Shown in pieces: positions 1 to 10,293 of a stretch of DNA of 64,000 nucleotides. Made by a program: the position numbers and the translations under genes. Source of the stretch: Candidatus Zhuqueibacterota bacterium (GTDB lineage: Bacteria > BS750m-G25); the NCBI GenBank assembly GCA_016783505.1, contig JADHWK010000004.1, positions 1-64,000 of the forward strand, given 5' to 3'. Below the pieces are notes generated by a model. That model was given only the letters and a program-made list of their open reading frames with translations. It had not been told where the DNA came from and did not search any database. How positions within the stretch are numbered: the first letter of the stretch is position 1; every line of letters starts with the position of its first letter.

Positions 1-1030
1 CCCAAACTTTCGGGGTCTTCCCCAGATATTCCGCCGCTGTCATCACCTTTGGGCTTTCGTCCCAGACCTTCTGGGTTCTTTCCTTGAATTTGGCCTCTCG
101 GGGCAGATGATGGTCATAGATAATGAGAGACGCACCAATCTGGCTAACGATGACATGGGCGTTTTCCACTGCCCGATCAAGATTGATCCGGTTGACCAGA
201 TAGCCAAACATGTAGGTCATCGGCCCGTCCAGAACTAAGATATTTGGATTTTCGCGAATAATGAATCCAGCGTAATCTTCGATGACGGGACCATCCACAT
301 CGGAGGAATGAAGAAATTTTTCACCCTCAACCTCGATGACCGTAGCGAATATCCACCCAACCCGGGAATATTCGATCCCGTGAAACAGGGGCTCAGAAAA
401 CTTAATCTTTGTCCCGCCGAAGGTAATTTCTTTCCCATCCGCAAATTTTACCCCAACGTCGTCAAACTTTAGTACCGGGATCAAAGAATTTCCTTTCCAG
501 CGCTTGACCCGGCCCTGGAACCATTTTCTGCCCTTTTCCAGCAGTTCGGCCTTCCTTCGATTGTAATCCCCAAAATCCTTGCCCAAAGCCAGGGGCAACT
601 TGTCCATAGTATCGGGATACTCCTGGGGCTTATTCTTCTTTAACACTTCCTTTAGGGGGATGTTTCCAAAATGTTGATACAGGTTATCGTAAAAATTTTC
701 CGCCCGTTTTCGCTGGGAATCGTTGATATATTTATTGGGGTTCTTTGAGAATAAGGTTTTACCTTCGTATAAACGTGGATCGAAATCGGTGAAGTGATCG
801 TAATGATAGTGGGAGATGACGATTATGTCCGCCTGTTGGCTCGCCTTCAAAATGGCCTCTTCAGCTTGGATTAACCACTCCCATTTCTGCTGGTCTGAGG
901 CGGGAAACCCGGGCTGCATCACTGCCGCCCCGGGATCAATGAGGACGGACACATCCGGTGTTTTAACCAGACAACAGGCCGACTTGGCCCCCAGCGAATC
1001 AAACCAGATGGGCTCAAACTGAATCTTCAT
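1..1030 (-). CDS. UPF0282/COG2248-like metallo-beta-lactamase-fold hydrolase (3' end runs off the window)
   Basis: Not in the ORF track. Manual translation gives MKIQFEPIWFDSLGAKSACCLVKTPDVSVLIDPG...ISHYHYDH...LFHGIEYSRVGW...SSDVDGP...LDGP...YDHHL...TAAEYLG, open to base 1. Confidence 0.85.
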   Translation of the reverse strand, partial: MKIQFEPIWFDSLGAKSACCLVKTPDVSVLIDPGAAVMQPGFPASDQQKWEWLIQAEEAILKASQQADIIVISHYHYDHFTDFDPRLYEGKTLFSKNPNKYINDSQRKRAENFYDNLYQHFGNIPLKEVLKKNKPQEYPDTMDKLPLALGKDFGDYNRRKAELLEKGRKWFQGRVKRWKGNSLIPVLKFDDVGVKFADGKEITFGGTKIKFSEPLFHGIEYSRVGWIFATVIEVEGEKFLHSSDVDGPVIEDYAGFIIRENPNILVLDGPMTYMFGYLVNRINLDRAVENAHVIVSQIGASLIIYDHHLPREAKFKERTQKVWDESPKVMTAAEYLGKTPKVW

Positions 1031-1035
1031 AATGT

Positions 1036-1064
1036 AAGTTAAAAATAAAAAAGCCTATTGTCAA
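1036..1064 (-). promoter_or_regulatory. sigma70-like promoter, probably giving a leaderless transcript
   Basis: TTGACA (1064-1059), 17-nt spacer, TAACTT (1041-1036). ATG at 1030 follows 5 nt later with no SD sequence. Confidence 0.5.
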
Positions 1065-1071
1065 GAAAAAT

Positions 1072-1105
1072 AAAAAGCCCCATCGTTAAATGGGGCCTTC
1101 TTTTT
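1072..1105. terminator. intrinsic terminator-like hairpin
   Basis: AAAAAGCCCCAT-cgttaa-ATGGGGC-cttcTTTTT downstream of the C1 peptidase gene. Confidence 0.6.
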
Positions 1106-1107
1106 GA

Positions 1108-1177
1108 ATGTAGCCGCATGCTTTATGCCTGCAGTCTATTAATACCACGCACCCCGAAACTTCGGGGTGCGGCTACA
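1108..1177. repeat. REP-like palindromic element containing the CCCGA-N4-TCGGG core
   Basis: TGTAGCCGCA...TGCGGCTACA termini with internal hairpin GCACCCCGAAACTTCGGGGTGC. Confidence 0.6.
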
Positions 1178-1197
1178 CCTGTTTTGCTCATTTGGCC

Positions 1198-3657
1198 TTA
1201 TTTCAGCATAATCATCTTTTTGATTTCTTGAAATTCCCCCGCCTGAATTTGATAAAAATAGATCCCGGATGAATAACCTGATGCATCCCAGCTTACTTGG
1301 TGGTAACCGGCAGGTTGATGTTTATTAACCAATGTGTACACCTCCCGTCCCAGGATGTTGAATATCTTCAGGGTTATTTCAGATTCCATTGGAAGGCTGT
1401 ATTTGATGGTAGTCAACTGATTGAAGGGATTGGGGTAGTTCTGATTAAGATAAAATGTCCTTCGTGAAATATATTCTTCGACACTTAGGGGTGGTTCATA
1501 TCCAAAAAGCTGTATATCGTCTATATTCCAGCCGCAGTACTTCCAGCCACCATCGGTTGGTCCCATAGTCCAGCGTAGATACACTGTGGGCTGATTATCT
1601 GCAACCGCTGAAATGTCCAGATCCATCTGGGTCCAGGATACATCGGTGATCTCGGAGAAGTTCTGCCAAACCGTCGTCCAGTCGGTCCCGTTGTTGCTGA
1701 CCCTCACATCTGCATTATCATATCTTGGTTGCTCAACCCCCAGCCAACGCCAAAACCTCAAATGCACATTGAATAGTCCTGAGCAATTGATGGGGGTGCT
1801 GGTCAGATACCTTTCCGGAAGGTAATTGGTATAGTCCCCGTTAAGGTTATATCCATAGACATCGTTGCCGGTGTAACCACTGGTTGGATCGGGGCCACCA
1901 TACTCACCTCCACCACCAGTTGGCTGCCCGAATGCCCAGGCCCCCTCCGTTGTCCAGCCGGGATCTATGTCGAGCGTCCACTGGTATCGAGGTGTCGCTT
2001 CTCCAATTGTCAACATGACCTGACGGGTAGTATCACCCAAGTGGTCAGTCGTGTTGGTGAAATAAACGGTGGCGAAATGTGCACCCTCGGTCAGCGTCTC
2101 AGCGTTATTGTTAATCCCGACGGTTACCTCTGCTGTTCCGCCCGGTGATAAGACGCCGGATGTATCACCGGAAATAGTCACCCAATCAGTTGTAGAATCG
2201 AGGATTACTTGGTAGTTGATGGATTGGATATCCCTATTCTCCAGCGTGTAAATGGCGCTTAATGGTGAGAAAGGACCACCTGCAGGTCCTTCGGATTGGA
2301 AATCATTCGCTGGGCTGACTCGCAGACCCCTGTTAACAGTTAACGCTTTAATGCAGAAGTTTCCCGTACCACTAAATCCTGATGGGTCATCATAGTAATA
2401 AAAATCCAACCAATCGGAACCACTAAGGTAAAAACTTTCTCCGGGATCGGCTGAGGATTCAACAATGGTACGATAAGAAGCACCTAACAAGACCGGGACA
2501 TCTGAGGTTCGATCATACGGTTGTCCCCCTCTAGATAGTTCTTGATAAACATAAAAATCATCGCCCTGTGTAAGTTCTACCTGTGTTTCCAGATCAACGG
2601 TGTGAAACCCTATGTACTCAATGGTGCCTGTTTTTGTGGAAAGTTCGTCTAATAATACACCATCTTCAAAGCGGTCGTAGATTTTAACTGTGTAAGTCAC
2701 ACTGTCTGCAGCAGTGAAAAAAGAAATAGTTCTTAGCAACTCTTCACCGGCGGCAGTGAATTTATTGAATGCTATATCACAATCCGTTTTCGTATCACGC
2801 CAGCCGTGGTAATCATAATAATAGATATGATCGTAGTATAAGGGTTCGACATCTTGGAAAGAAATTGCCCCCATCTCAGGATGCTGGCCACAATGTTTGT
2901 CATAGTAGGAAATCCAGAAACAGCCATCGAGACCCCAATCGCTTCCCCAACTGTTTTTGCAGAGCCAAGCGCCGAGGCTGGGAGCCTGAGTAACCTTATT
3001 ATCATCCCACCCTATGATTGCAATGGCGTGATTGGGATCACTGGAACTGCTTGGTGGTTGGTAATGGATGAAATTGGAGATGAATGAGTTATCGTAACAC
3101 ATGCACGTACCCATCACCCCTTCTTCCATAATTTTGTACTTGATGGTGTTGATGTTACTCAGATCCGATCCGGCCACATACCACTCGATATCCTTTACAT
3201 AGTAATAATGATAGTTGGGATCATACCTGGCCGGTGGCGAGCCGTAGGATTGCCCATCAATATCCCGGACAGCTCCCTCACTGCGGGTCAGATACGCTGC
3301 TGTAACCCTGTAGTCGCCACCTTGGTGCACCTCAAGCCCGCCGCCAATGGGTGGAACGGTATCATCATTATTGTACTCGTTAAACCCATTCCACCAATCA
3401 AGATGGTATTCTGCTAAATTTGGCTCGCCAGTTTCCCCGGCAGCCGTCCAAGCACCGGTCATCATGAGATTACCTTCTATGGCAGCCATCGCCCCGTGCG
3501 TCCAGCAGGTGCCCCCATACTGCCTCCTAACCCCGGTTACATAATTTTCACCATCAACATCGCGCAAATCGAAAGTAACTGGTGGATCTGCAAAGGATTT
3601 CGGTGCCACCATTGCAAAGATAAATGCCAACATAATAAAAAATTCTGCCCTTTTCAC
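1198..3657 (-). CDS. secreted papain-family (C1) cysteine peptidase with lectin-like/Ig-like accessory domains and T9SS-type C-terminal sorting domain
   Basis: Signal peptide; catalytic motifs QYGGTCW, NHAIAIIGW, KNSWG; C-terminal LNQNYPNPFN...SGIYFYQI...KKMIMLK. Confidence 0.88.
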   Translation of the reverse strand: MKRAEFFIMLAFIFAMVAPKSFADPPVTFDLRDVDGENYVTGVRRQYGGTCWTHGAMAAIEGNLMMTGAWTAAGETGEPNLAEYHLDWWNGFNEYNNDDTVPPIGGGLEVHQGGDYRVTAAYLTRSEGAVRDIDGQSYGSPPARYDPNYHYYYVKDIEWYVAGSDLSNINTIKYKIMEEGVMGTCMCYDNSFISNFIHYQPPSSSSDPNHAIAIIGWDDNKVTQAPSLGAWLCKNSWGSDWGLDGCFWISYYDKHCGQHPEMGAISFQDVEPLYYDHIYYYDYHGWRDTKTDCDIAFNKFTAAGEELLRTISFFTAADSVTYTVKIYDRFEDGVLLDELSTKTGTIEYIGFHTVDLETQVELTQGDDFYVYQELSRGGQPYDRTSDVPVLLGASYRTIVESSADPGESFYLSGSDWLDFYYYDDPSGFSGTGNFCIKALTVNRGLRVSPANDFQSEGPAGGPFSPLSAIYTLENRDIQSINYQVILDSTTDWVTISGDTSGVLSPGGTAEVTVGINNNAETLTEGAHFATVYFTNTTDHLGDTTRQVMLTIGEATPRYQWTLDIDPGWTTEGAWAFGQPTGGGGEYGGPDPTSGYTGNDVYGYNLNGDYTNYLPERYLTSTPINCSGLFNVHLRFWRWLGVEQPRYDNADVRVSNNGTDWTTVWQNFSEITDVSWTQMDLDISAVADNQPTVYLRWTMGPTDGGWKYCGWNIDDIQLFGYEPPLSVEEYISRRTFYLNQNYPNPFNQLTTIKYSLPMESEITLKIFNILGREVYTLVNKHQPAGYHQVSWDASGYSSGIYFYQIQAGEFQEIKKMIMLK

Positions 3658-3783
3658 GTTTCTTCCTACATTCTGTTTTTATTTGTTGAGCCCAGTATGA
3701 AAACCCAATTAAAAAGTCTAAAAACCTCAAGTTGACTCTTTTTGGAATGTAATATAATGTTTTTTACTTAATTTGTCAACAAC

Positions 3784-3813
3784 AAAAAAGCCAACCGCAA
3801 AGGATTGGCTTTT
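3784..3813 (-). terminator. intrinsic terminator-like hairpin
   Basis: AAAAAAGCCAA-ccgcaaagga-TTGGCTTTT. Confidence 0.55.
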
Positions 3814-3836
3814 CAGAAATCCTATTCTGGTATTTG

Positions 3837-4675
3837 CTATTTCAACAAAACCATCTTCCTCACATTCTGAAAATTACCCATCTGAATTTGAAAAAATTGA
3901 TCCCGGATGAATAACCTGATGCATCCCAGCTTATCTGGTGGTAACCGGCAGGTTGAGGATCATTAATTAATGTAGTTGTTTCTCGCCTCAGGATGTTAAA
4001 AATTTTCAGGGTTATCTTTGATCCCTTGGGAAGGTTGTATTTGATAGTGTTGATGGGGTTGAAAGGGTTGGGGAAATTTTGCTCTAAGATAAAATATATC
4101 AATAAATCACTTGTTTTGTCTTGATTGGAACTAACTGTTCCATATTGAATTCCATTTATGACGGCTCCCAAGAGTCCGTATCCGAACCAAAAATCCATCC
4201 ACTGAGTCAGCCCAAGGTTATCTGTGACAGTATGATATTCTTCGTCATCAATAAAATTGCGCGATAAATCTAAAAAAAGTTCCCATTGGCGAAGGTTCCT
4301 GCCAAATATGTGAACTATTCCAGTCCATAACAAAATTATATCTGTCGTGTCTGAACCGTGAATAATTGTTGCAATTGTATCACCGGGCGAAACTGAAAAA
4401 TCATATAACAATTCATCTTGGCAAAATTAATAATGAAAAACCGAATCTCCAGATTGGCGATGATAATATGTTGGACCAAGATCTGAACCCCAACTTTCTA
4501 ATATGATTGCATAAGTCAAACCATTGGGAAAAACTGTATCTCTTAAAACTTCTCTACTGATGTAATGATATTGCCAAAAATCCCCGACATTCAATGGGTA
4601 ATAAACCGAAGACTGTGAAAATATTTCTTCGATCGGTAAAATGGCAATAAATATTACTAAATAATTTAATTTCAT
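3837..4675 (-). pseudogene. disrupted secreted protein with T9SS-type C-terminal domain
   Basis: ORFs 4427..4675 and 3860..4411 are in the same frame, separated by TAA (VFHY*FCQDELLYDF). A 1-nt frameshift near 3895 cuts off the tail QIQMGNFQNVRKMVLLK*. Confidence 0.8.
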
Positions 4676-5060
4676 AGTAAACTATTAAAAAAATTGAATC
4701 AAATTCTACAATTAAGAAATAATCAGCGCATTGTCTACCACGTTTCTTGCTAGATGAAAGAGCCTAATCCTTTAAAGTAACTCCATATTTAAGCCTTAAC
4801 TGGGTAAACTATTTCGGTGGCAAACCAATAATAGCCCTATCACAACCAACACCCAACAGGGGTAATCTTTTATAGGCTAACCAGCTCAGAATAAAGATCC
4901 GTTGAATCTGATTTACTATAAAATAGGAAATTGTTTGGATATAGTCAAGAAAAATAATTCATAAATTTGGCCTTACAGTTCAGTCGGGCACCTGAACGAT
5001 CTTTGACAAAGTTGCATCACTAACTAACCACTAAAATTCGGTAAGAACTATTGGATGGAT

Positions 5061-5402
5061 TCAACAGGTTAAATGCAAAGCGGCGATGACCCTGCCCGAA
5101 TCCCCTATTTGATTAAAAGTGCGACAGGCTTCCTCTGTGTTTTTAATAATGAGAATAATCCCTTTGGATTCGAGATGGGTTTTTGTTTCAGGGAGAATCT
5201 TCATCAAGCCTGAGGCGCCGGTGCCCACTACCAATGTATCCGGGTTTTCCTTCAGAACTTCCTCGAGGTCCTGAAGGCACAGTTCATGTCCGCTCCGTCG
5301 CCACCAGTTCGCCTCAACCCGATCGGGAAAAATAATAACATCGTTGGAATAATGTCTTCCATTAATGACAATGCTGCCAAAATTGTAAGATTCTATCTTC
5401 AA
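5061..5402 (-). CDS. Mth938-like (DUF498) protein
   Basis: IESYNFGSIVING, VVGTGASG, C-terminal AALHLTC; GGAGG SD. Confidence 0.88.
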   Translation of the reverse strand: MKIESYNFGSIVINGRHYSNDVIIFPDRVEANWWRRSGHELCLQDLEEVLKENPDTLVVGTGASGLMKILPETKTHLESKGIILIIKNTEEACRTFNQIGDSGRVIAALHLTC

Positions 5403-5463
5403 TGCTACCTCCTTTATTTACTTCCTCTTTTGACTACACAAACCGAAAAGTAATGCTCAGTTA

Positions 5464-6372
5464 TTATTTAAAGACCCCATACATTTGATCCGGCGTTAAG
5501 ATTTCCGGAAACTTCTCCCTCAAAGCCAGACGGGCTAGATAACAGAGGTGACAGGCATCAACATAGGTTTCCCTAAGATTGAGATCGTAACTCTCTACCA
5601 GGGCAGCGGGACCGCCATCAATAAGGGGTCCACAGATAGGGTGAGTTTCGGGCTTGTGGGAATCTGTCATTTCGGCTAATGATTTTTCCCATAGGTTTCC
5701 TATTGCCAACCCCTGACAGAGATGGACGACACCGAGGTAATCTACATGAACCCGACCGGGGTTTTTCAGGTCCTCATGGGGACATTCTGTAAATTCAGTC
5801 CATAACTTCCTGGGAAGATCAACTGTCAATTTCTCTACAGCCCGCCCTTTAAACATGACCCTTCCACCTACTACCTGTTCGCCTCTTAAAACTATGCTGC
5901 CCCCAGAGCAGCCATCGGGTCTTTCGATGGTTATCGTGTTCACGGGTAAGCTTAGCCGACGAGCTGCTTCGATTCCATTCTTCGCTAGACTCTTTTTCTC
6001 ATCATCAGAGTGGAACAAGTCATCGCTGATAGAAAGGTCGTCAATTCCGATCCCCGTAAGGGGCATCAGCCATTCCACCCCGTCCTCAATAGACGTAGCC
6101 CAGTAGCCATTGGTGACCACCCTTGTCCGAAACCCCATATCAACTGCCTGCCGCAACCCACGCTTCAAGATCGGATAATAAAGGAACGGCTCACCGCCTT
6201 CAAAATAGACCCATTCTACGGTCCCCAGCAGTTTGGCCTGACCTAATACCTGATAAATTTGATGAAGGGTAAAAGTACCCCGGGCCTCCGGGTTGCCCCA
6301 GACAAAGCAATGATCGCACTCGTAGGTGCACTGGTAAGTCAAAAGAAAATGAATACCTGTGATACCATTCAT
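5464..6372 (-). CDS. radical SAM protein
   Basis: CTYECDHC motif, FEGGEPF, VTNGYWA, C-terminal CHLC. Confidence 0.88.
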   Translation of the reverse strand: MNGITGIHFLLTYQCTYECDHCFVWGNPEARGTFTLHQIYQVLGQAKLLGTVEWVYFEGGEPFLYYPILKRGLRQAVDMGFRTRVVTNGYWATSIEDGVEWLMPLTGIGIDDLSISDDLFHSDDEKKSLAKNGIEAARRLSLPVNTITIERPDGCSGGSIVLRGEQVVGGRVMFKGRAVEKLTVDLPRKLWTEFTECPHEDLKNPGRVHVDYLGVVHLCQGLAIGNLWEKSLAEMTDSHKPETHPICGPLIDGGPAALVESYDLNLRETYVDACHLCYLARLALREKFPEILTPDQMYGVFK

Positions 6373-6695
6373 GTTAAGTATATTCTATGAAAAAAATTGG
6401 TGAATTGCAAGAGAAAAATTAGAGTTGGTGATTTTTTTTGAATCTCCACGGAATTTAGAAAAGGGGTGGTACTAAAGGAAAGAAACACCGGATGGATTGT
6501 TGGGATTGGAAGGGTTACAGATATTTATCCGACATTCAAAGAAGATAACACTTTAGTTATCGGCTTACGATTTAACAATTTTGATTTTTTGGCCTATTCA
6601 TCATCCAAATCGGCTATTTTATCCCTCACACCAAATACTTCAGCAACCTTTTCACAAAAAGGTTTCATTCAAAGATAAAGATTGAGTCAGGATTT

Positions 6696-6836
6696 TTATT
6701 TTGTCGGACGACGGGGCCTTGGCCATCTGGCAATTACTATACTGCCATCCTTCCTCAGTCGACAAACAAATGATCCCTTCAAGGCCTTTCTGAGTTTCTT
6801 TAATCTGCGTTCGTCTTCAACTTCTACTACGGGCAT
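6696..6836 (-). CDS. small basic hypothetical protein (46 aa)
   Basis: Manual translation MPVVEVEDERRLKKLRKALKGSFVCRLRKDGSIVIARWPRPRRPTK; GGTGA SD upstream; same strand as neighbours. Confidence 0.45.
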   Translation of the reverse strand: MPVVEVEDERRLKKLRKALKGSFVCRLRKDGSIVIARWPRPRRPTK

Positions 6837-6898
6837 TTTATCACCATTTATACGAAATATTTAGGTTTAAGCTTTAAAACAATTTATAAGTTTTATTC

Positions 6899-7495
6899 TT
6901 AAATATCAAGCATTTTCTCAAAGATTTTCCTTCTCACCACCCGATAAGCCGGTTTGTTCATCCCCGTATAATCTCGTGAATGATGGATTACTGGAAGATC
7001 ATCTTCGGAAATTTCTCTGTCAAAGGCTTTCAATTCATCCCAATCATATTGGAGCTCCCCCTCTTCCACTAATCTTTTGAATTCATTCCATAGTTTCAAA
7101 AAGTCATCCCGATTCCCCTTTATTTCCCTTGCAGAAAGCACCATCGCTTGGAAGAGCTTTTCTACCAACCCTCCTTTCATCTTGAACGGCTTCAGATTCA
7201 CCCGGATGATTTCTCCGTCCAGAGAAACGGGTTCGGTCAGGGGTTCGGTGGAATTAGGATCAACTTCGGTAAATTCCATCTCCAGCCACGCTTTTGCCGA
7301 TTCCGAATTCTGGAGAAGGTGGGCGGGACCGAAGACCCCTTGATAAAGGAGCTTGTAAACATCAGCGATTTCCAAATTTTCGTGAATACTCCGGTGATAT
7401 TGAATGAGATCCGTTAGGGTCATTTTTCCCTGCCCGCATCCGGTTAGGATTAAACCGATCAGAATAAGTGGGGTTAATTTGATATGGGTTACCAT
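6899..7495 (-). CDS. hypothetical lipoprotein
   Basis: Lipobox LILTGC; motifs DVYKLLYQGVFGPAH and PVIHHSRDY...PAYRVV. Confidence 0.7.
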   Translation of the reverse strand: MVTHIKLTPLILIGLILTGCGQGKMTLTDLIQYHRSIHENLEIADVYKLLYQGVFGPAHLLQNSESAKAWLEMEFTEVDPNSTEPLTEPVSLDGEIIRVNLKPFKMKGGLVEKLFQAMVLSAREIKGNRDDFLKLWNEFKRLVEEGELQYDWDELKAFDREISEDDLPVIHHSRDYTGMNKPAYRVVRRKIFEKMLDI

Positions 7496-7629
7496 CCCTG
7501 AATTTGGAAACAGTTTATATCACTCAGTAATTTCCTGTTTATGAATTTCTCTTCTTTTAGCCTCTAATAGATTTTCATGTAATCCAAGATAGTCAGCAGC
7601 ACTTTTCACTTTACCCGTCTGAAACACTC

Positions 7630-8874
7630 TTAGAACAGACTAATCTGCTCGGGTTTCATCTCCTCTTCTTCAAAAATCTTAACTTGTCCGTAGACCCCAT
7701 CGTAGCCGGGGACGATGGTTAGCCGTCCCTCCCGCACCCTCATAATCCCCTCAACTATTCTAGGTGTAGTAAAGGCGGCCAGCTCCACACGGCTTAAGTC
7801 CAACAGTATTTTAAATTCGCTTCCTCCCCGGGAGATCAGATGTCGGTATTCGGCATCCACGCCCCCGGTGCCCACCCCCAGCCCCAGAGCCTCAGCGATG
7901 ATCTCCTGCAGGGGGACTAGATGGACGCCCGGGATGGCATTCTCCGGGGTAAAGCCCGCTTCCCGGTCGGCCAACGCCTCCACCCTATGCATCACCCCCA
8001 CCGTAAGCGGGCGGTTGCACACGGGACACCGTCCCCCATGCTTTTTGGTTTCTTCAGGTGAAAACAGGACTTTACAAGCCCGATGCCCGTCGTAATGATA
8101 TTTACCCTCTTGAGGATAGAATTCAATAGTATGCAGAAATCTGGTTTTATCTTTATTTTTGATCACATCAATAATTTCGTAGTAATCCATGGAACAATCG
8201 AAGACATTAGCCTCCCTCCCAATTTTCGACGGGGAGTGGGCATCGGAATTGGAAATTAGAGCCACTTTATCCAGAGCAGACAGGCGCCAGTTCATTCCTG
8301 GGTCGGAGGAAAGTCCCGTCTCCAGGGCAAAAATGTCATTCTCCCCCTCCCCGAAGCACTCTCTAATCGTATCAAATCCTGAATTGGCCCCGAAGATAGA
8401 AAACCAGGGGGTCCAGGCGTGAGCCGGGACGATGAAACAATCCTCAGAAATGCTTAAGATCATCTTGGGCAATTCCCTGGCCGGAAACCCAAAAACGGGA
8501 CGACCGTCGGATTCCAGCTTGCCGTATTCCCTTAAGGTCCGATTGATCTTCCGCACCACCTCAAAACTGGGGGCGAAGATCAGGGTGTGGATTTTTCTCG
8601 TTCTATCCCCCTGGAAGTAGATATTACTCACCTCCGTGGTCAGCATAAAACGGACTTCCCGATCACCTTCTTTTAAAACGAACAGGCCGTTCCCCTCCGG
8701 CTCCAAGGCCTCGGTCAACTCCCAGAAATAGGTGGGATGGGTAAAATCCCCGGTCCCCAGCACCCCTATGCCCTTCAGCTTTGCCCATCGGGCCATGATG
8801 GCCACCTCCATATCCTTGCTTGTAGCCCGGCTGTATTTGGAATGAACATGTAAGTCAGCTATGAATTTGGGCAT
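7630..8874 (-). CDS. endonuclease Q-family / PHP-domain protein (TIGR00375-like)
   Basis: ADLHVHSKYS, GTGDFTHP, PAHAWTPWFS, NSDAHS, GKYHYDGHRAC...CPVC, PGYDGVYG. Start moved to MPKF at 8874. Confidence 0.88.
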   Translation of the reverse strand: MPKFIADLHVHSKYSRATSKDMEVAIMARWAKLKGIGVLGTGDFTHPTYFWELTEALEPEGNGLFVLKEGDREVRFMLTTEVSNIYFQGDRTRKIHTLIFAPSFEVVRKINRTLREYGKLESDGRPVFGFPARELPKMILSISEDCFIVPAHAWTPWFSIFGANSGFDTIRECFGEGENDIFALETGLSSDPGMNWRLSALDKVALISNSDAHSPSKIGREANVFDCSMDYYEIIDVIKNKDKTRFLHTIEFYPQEGKYHYDGHRACKVLFSPEETKKHGGRCPVCNRPLTVGVMHRVEALADREAGFTPENAIPGVHLVPLQEIIAEALGLGVGTGGVDAEYRHLISRGGSEFKILLDLSRVELAAFTTPRIVEGIMRVREGRLTIVPGYDGVYGQVKIFEEEEMKPEQISLF

Positions 8875-9235
8875 AAGAATTTCCCTTTCCCTGACATAAA
8901 TATAGTAACAAATTTTACGGTTAAAGTCAAGAAAAAAAAGAACCACAGAATTTCTGCGGTTCTATACACTTTTAAAAAATCTTTTGGACGAAAACCGCCT
9001 GCAAGGTCCCGAGCGGTTTACACGGGCAGCCCAACAATTCACTGAAACACCGCTTTCTCCGTCCTTTCGTTATTCATCTCTATTCTTGCGGTCCCCAACC
9101 TGAAGCTACCAAAAGTATCAAAAATGAAGTTCCTAGCCAATCCTGATATTGTTCCTCAATAGGAGTTGCTGCAAGGATAGGATACAGGTTTTTCCCCCGA
9201 TGTTTACAGCCAAAATCTTAATGCTGGGGACAAAA

Positions 9236-10111
9236 TCATCTTGCCAGCATGAAAAAGCGCATCAGATCCAGGAAGTCTTTACTGGTGTAGGAAACTCCCC
9301 AATCGCCAACCCGGTTGGCGCCAGGATACCAGGAGGCCCTGTAAGCTTGATGTTCGTTCTTAAACTGAATCTCGATGGTATATGGCGACTTATACTTTAA
9401 TGGTTTGAACTCACCCACCCTTCCCAGAGCTCTCTTCACCCCAGCCTTGATCTGCTCCCGGGCCTTCTGTGGATGCAGGCTCAGACAGGCCTCCCCAAAA
9501 CCCTCCTTCACGGCAATTGTTTCAATATCCCCAAAGATCGCTTTGGCCTGCTCACAAACGGCTTTATCCCCAGCGATGAAGATAACTGGCACATGGTAAT
9601 ATGCCGCAATGAGGCCATTCCAGCCCGCCTCAGGTAGTGATATACCGTTCACTTTTAGATCATAGATGGAACCGGACATGGTATGGTCCATGGTAGCGTC
9701 CTTTGTTCCGGCTTTAGCATGATATCCGACGAAGATAACCGCATCGAAGGTTTTGTCAATGCCCTCCATCATGCTGAAGGGACCGCCAGACCATTCACGG
9801 AGGAGCTTTGCATCTGGATTCAGTTCCTCAGGCATGAGATTTCTAGCACTTCCGTGGGAATCCCGGACTATAATTTCAGAAGCTCCGGCCTCCAAAGCGC
9901 CCTCAATGGCGGCATTGGCCTCTTTGGTCATTATAGTACGATAGTACTGATAGTCCGAGCCTGAAGAGCGAGTTTCATCCCGGTTGATGACGTCGGTTAT
10001 GCCTTCCATGTCCACTGAAATGAAAATCTTCAGCCCTTTTTTGGCTGGCAATGTTGTCACGCTAAGGATCAATAAACAAACCATTCCCCATAGAAAGATC
10101 TCTCGCGTCAT
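9236..10111 (-). CDS. M55 family D-aminopeptidase (DppA-like) with signal peptide
   Basis: ISVDMEG, DSHG, GYHA and DHT motifs; hydrophobic N-terminus. Confidence 0.88.
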   Translation of the reverse strand: MTREIFLWGMVCLLILSVTTLPAKKGLKIFISVDMEGITDVINRDETRSSGSDYQYYRTIMTKEANAAIEGALEAGASEIIVRDSHGSARNLMPEELNPDAKLLREWSGGPFSMMEGIDKTFDAVIFVGYHAKAGTKDATMDHTMSGSIYDLKVNGISLPEAGWNGLIAAYYHVPVIFIAGDKAVCEQAKAIFGDIETIAVKEGFGEACLSLHPQKAREQIKAGVKRALGRVGEFKPLKYKSPYTIEIQFKNEHQAYRASWYPGANRVGDWGVSYTSKDFLDLMRFFMLAR

Positions 10112-10293
10112 TTTCCCACTCCTTTCTTTAATAATTTGGTAAGTTTAATACATTTATTTATAAATAGGTTTAATGTCTCTCTTTCCCATATTCTTCAGGT
10201 ATTTTTATCAAAGTACATAATGAAGATAAAACTTAGTTCTATCCAAGTCAATCTTTGTTTTAGGAGAAAGTGCTGTTCCCACCCTTGAATACC

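Noticed and set aside
235-444. Possible frameshift in the UPF0282 gene suggested by the 69-aa ORF
   Set aside because: Manual translation shows the main frame is continuous (KIKFSEPLFHGIEY); the short ORF is an alternative frame.
4427-4429. Stop-codon recoding (Sec/Pyl) in the split secreted gene
   Set aside because: The stop is TAA and a separate frameshift exists, so decay is the simpler explanation.
8990-9065. attC site at GCCCAACAATTCACTGAA
   Set aside because: It resembles an attC left end, but I found no matching right arm.
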